A stretch of DNA of 28,210 nucleotides from a virus (lineage: Duplodnaviria > Caudoviricetes). The notes beneath the pieces were generated by a model. It had not been told where the DNA came from and ran no database searches. It saw nothing but the letters and a program-made list of their open reading frames with translations. Each line of letters begins with the position of its first letter. Positions within the stretch are counted from its first letter, which is position 1. The stretch is taken from the IMG/VR virus record IMGVR_UViG_3300010362_000084, positions 1 to 28,210 of that record; one strand, written 5' to 3'. Below are positions 26,985 through 28,210 of this stretch, piece by piece. The position numbers and the translations under genes are program-made.

Positions 26985-28210
26985 TGCCTGGCCCCTGCCG
27001 GTACCGGCCGGTTGCGAATCTCGGGAGGCGGCAGACCGGTTTGCACCTGAACCTCGGGGAGCATCGCCTGGCGCTCCTCCTGATCCTTCTTCGCGTCCTT
27101 CGACTCCTGGTCGATCGATTTCATCGCGGGCAGGAACATCTTGACCATGCGCATGTACGTCTCGTCCGAGATTTCACCGGACTGCAACGCAACCTCCAGG
27201 CCCATGACCAACTGCTGGAACGCCTGCATATGGACGACGAGATCGTCCGGCCTGACCATCTCCCAGGAGAGCTTGGCCCGGACGGGAATCATGCCCGACA
27301 TCACGAGCGCCATTTTCAGAAGGTTCTGGATCGGCCGCTGGTAGACCTTGCGCTTGCGCTCGATCTTTTTCAGGAACGGAACGGTCTGCGCGTTGCGGTC
27401 GGAGTTCGCCGTCCCGCCGGACACGCGCATGAACGCCCACTCCGGCGTCTGCGCCGCGATGCAGATGCAGTCGATCAGGAATTCGAGCAGGTTGTTCGTG
27501 TCACCGAGCACGGAGCGAGCTTCGAGGAATTCCATGTCGTCGCCCGTTTGCAGGAACAGGATTTCACGGCCGCGCCAGGAGATCTCCGCGTGCGGCTTGA
27601 TCTCTCCCGTCTGCGGATCGACCGCCTCGGGGAAGTTGTTCTTGATGAACGGAGCCACATCCTGCAATTTCAGAACGACCTTCGGCGTCGAGTGGTACTT
27701 GTGCGCCTGGAGTCCCTGCGTGAGCACGTCGTGAAAAGCCCGCATGAACGGCAGCACCGACTCGTACTCGCTCTGGCCGGACTGGAGTGCCGAGTCCCAC
27801 TCGTTGTAAATCTCTTCGAGCGGGACGAAGCCGTAGCGGTTCGTCGCACCAAGCTCGTCCAGCCACACGTTCTCGGTCTGATCATAGAACCTGTAATCCT
27901 GCCGCGTGATGATCTCCAGGATGTCGTGCTCCTCGATCGTCGGATCCTGGCCGGTCGCCGGATTGCCGGGCGATTTCACGATTGCCATCTGATGACGGAC
28001 GATTGCCCGCTCGATCACACGCTTGTTGCGGGCGTTGCGCTCGATTGTCACCGTCTCGGGCGGGATAATTTCAAGAGCGCAGTGCTCAGCCTCGTCAATC
28101 GTCATCAGCGGATCGAGGATGTCGGGGCGCTGGATGCGGACGATCGTCTTCGAGTCGCGCAGGGAGTCTCTCAGCATCGCCTGAATTTCCTCGACCCAGT
28201 AGTCCTGGAT
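26981..28210 (-). CDS. Portal protein (5' truncated by the window)
   Basis: The frame is open to the window edge. 'N.YGFVP...IYN......GQSEYE.V' and 'I..AAQTPE..F' are SPP1 gp6-like portal motifs. First gene of the head module. Confidence 0.9.
   Translation of the reverse strand: MQDYWVEEIQAMLRDSLRDSKTIVRIQRPDILDPLMTIDEAEHCALEIIPPETVTIERNARNKRVIERAIVRHQMAIVKSPGNPATGQDPTIEEHDILEIITRQDYRFYDQTENVWLDELGATNRYGFVPLEEIYNEWDSALQSGQSEYESVLPFMRAFHDVLTQGLQAHKYHSTPKVVLKLQDVAPFIKNNFPEAVDPQTGEIKPHAEISWRGREILFLQTGDDMEFLEARSVLGDTNNLLEFLIDCICIAAQTPEWAFMRVSGGTANSDRNAQTVPFLKKIERKRKVYQRPIQNLLKMALVMSGMIPVRAKLSWEMVRPDDLVVHMQAFQQLVMGLEVALQSGEISDETYMRMVKMFLPAMKSIDQESKDAKKDQEERQAMLPEVQVQTGLPPPEIRNRPVPAGARQ

Larger units (their letters stand above)
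154..28073. repeat. Dispersed hexamer TGWAAW / WTTWCA on both strands throughout the window
   Basis: About 95 copies counted by hand in 1-12060 (approximate positions include 154, 332, 417, 493, 659, 847, 1053, 1118, 1237, 1368, 1480, 1544), with similar density to the end of the window. Confidence 0.85.

Noticed and set aside
492-27734. Numerous plus-strand ORFs (e.g. 3285..4307, 22440..23663, 24030..24905) and alternate-frame minus ORFs (e.g. 16719..17942, 8619..9494)
   Set aside because: They are shadows of GC-rich genes. The minus-strand set already tiles the window with RBSs, coupled junctions and recognisable motifs.
154-28073. TGWAAW read as LacI/CcpA (cre) operators or as promoter boxes
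   Set aside because: It resembles a LacI-family half-site, but I did not see the full TGWAANCGNTTWCA palindrome. Sites are mostly intragenic, in both orientations and far too dense for ordinary promoters.
1-28210. CRISPR array, tRNA/rRNA, integrase, transposase, intron/intein or DGR template repeat
   Set aside because: No regularly spaced long direct repeats, RNA-gene signatures, recombinase or RT motifs, or adenine-variant repeat pairs were seen by eye.
1-28210. Stop-codon reassignment suggested by the abundance of TGA-containing motifs
   Set aside because: Genes are full length under the standard code, and TGA, TAG and TAA all serve as stops at coupled junctions.

Overview
This window is one continuous minus-strand virion morphogenesis operon of a GC-rich (about 60-63% by eye) contractile-tailed phage or prophage. 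The host is probably a Gram-positive bacterium with strong AGGAGG ribosome-binding sites (inference). Gene order from high to low coordinates: portal (truncated), five tiny Lys/Arg-rich genes, protease/scaffold, an acidic protein with a SAP/HeH-like tail, head decoration, major capsid, small Cys-rich and membrane genes, a 2205-aa LamG/collagen fibre and a short paralogous fibre, head-tail joining genes, sheath, tube, a Zn-ribbon gene, tail chaperones with a -1 slippery site, tape measure, LysM protein, baseplate hub fused to three cell-wall hydrolases, NlpC/P60, spike, wedge and baseplate J (truncated). The most unusual signal is at DNA level. A non-palindromic AT-rich hexamer, TGWAAW (often TGWAAWY), recurs on both strands about every 100-150 bp across the whole window. 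By hand count this is roughly ten-fold above base-composition expectation. It is written into coding sequence through otherwise rare codons and sits on many stop/start junctions. Together with the protamine-like gene cluster, it may indicate an undescribed genome-coating or genome-marking system. All product calls come from motif recognition and synteny, not from database searches.
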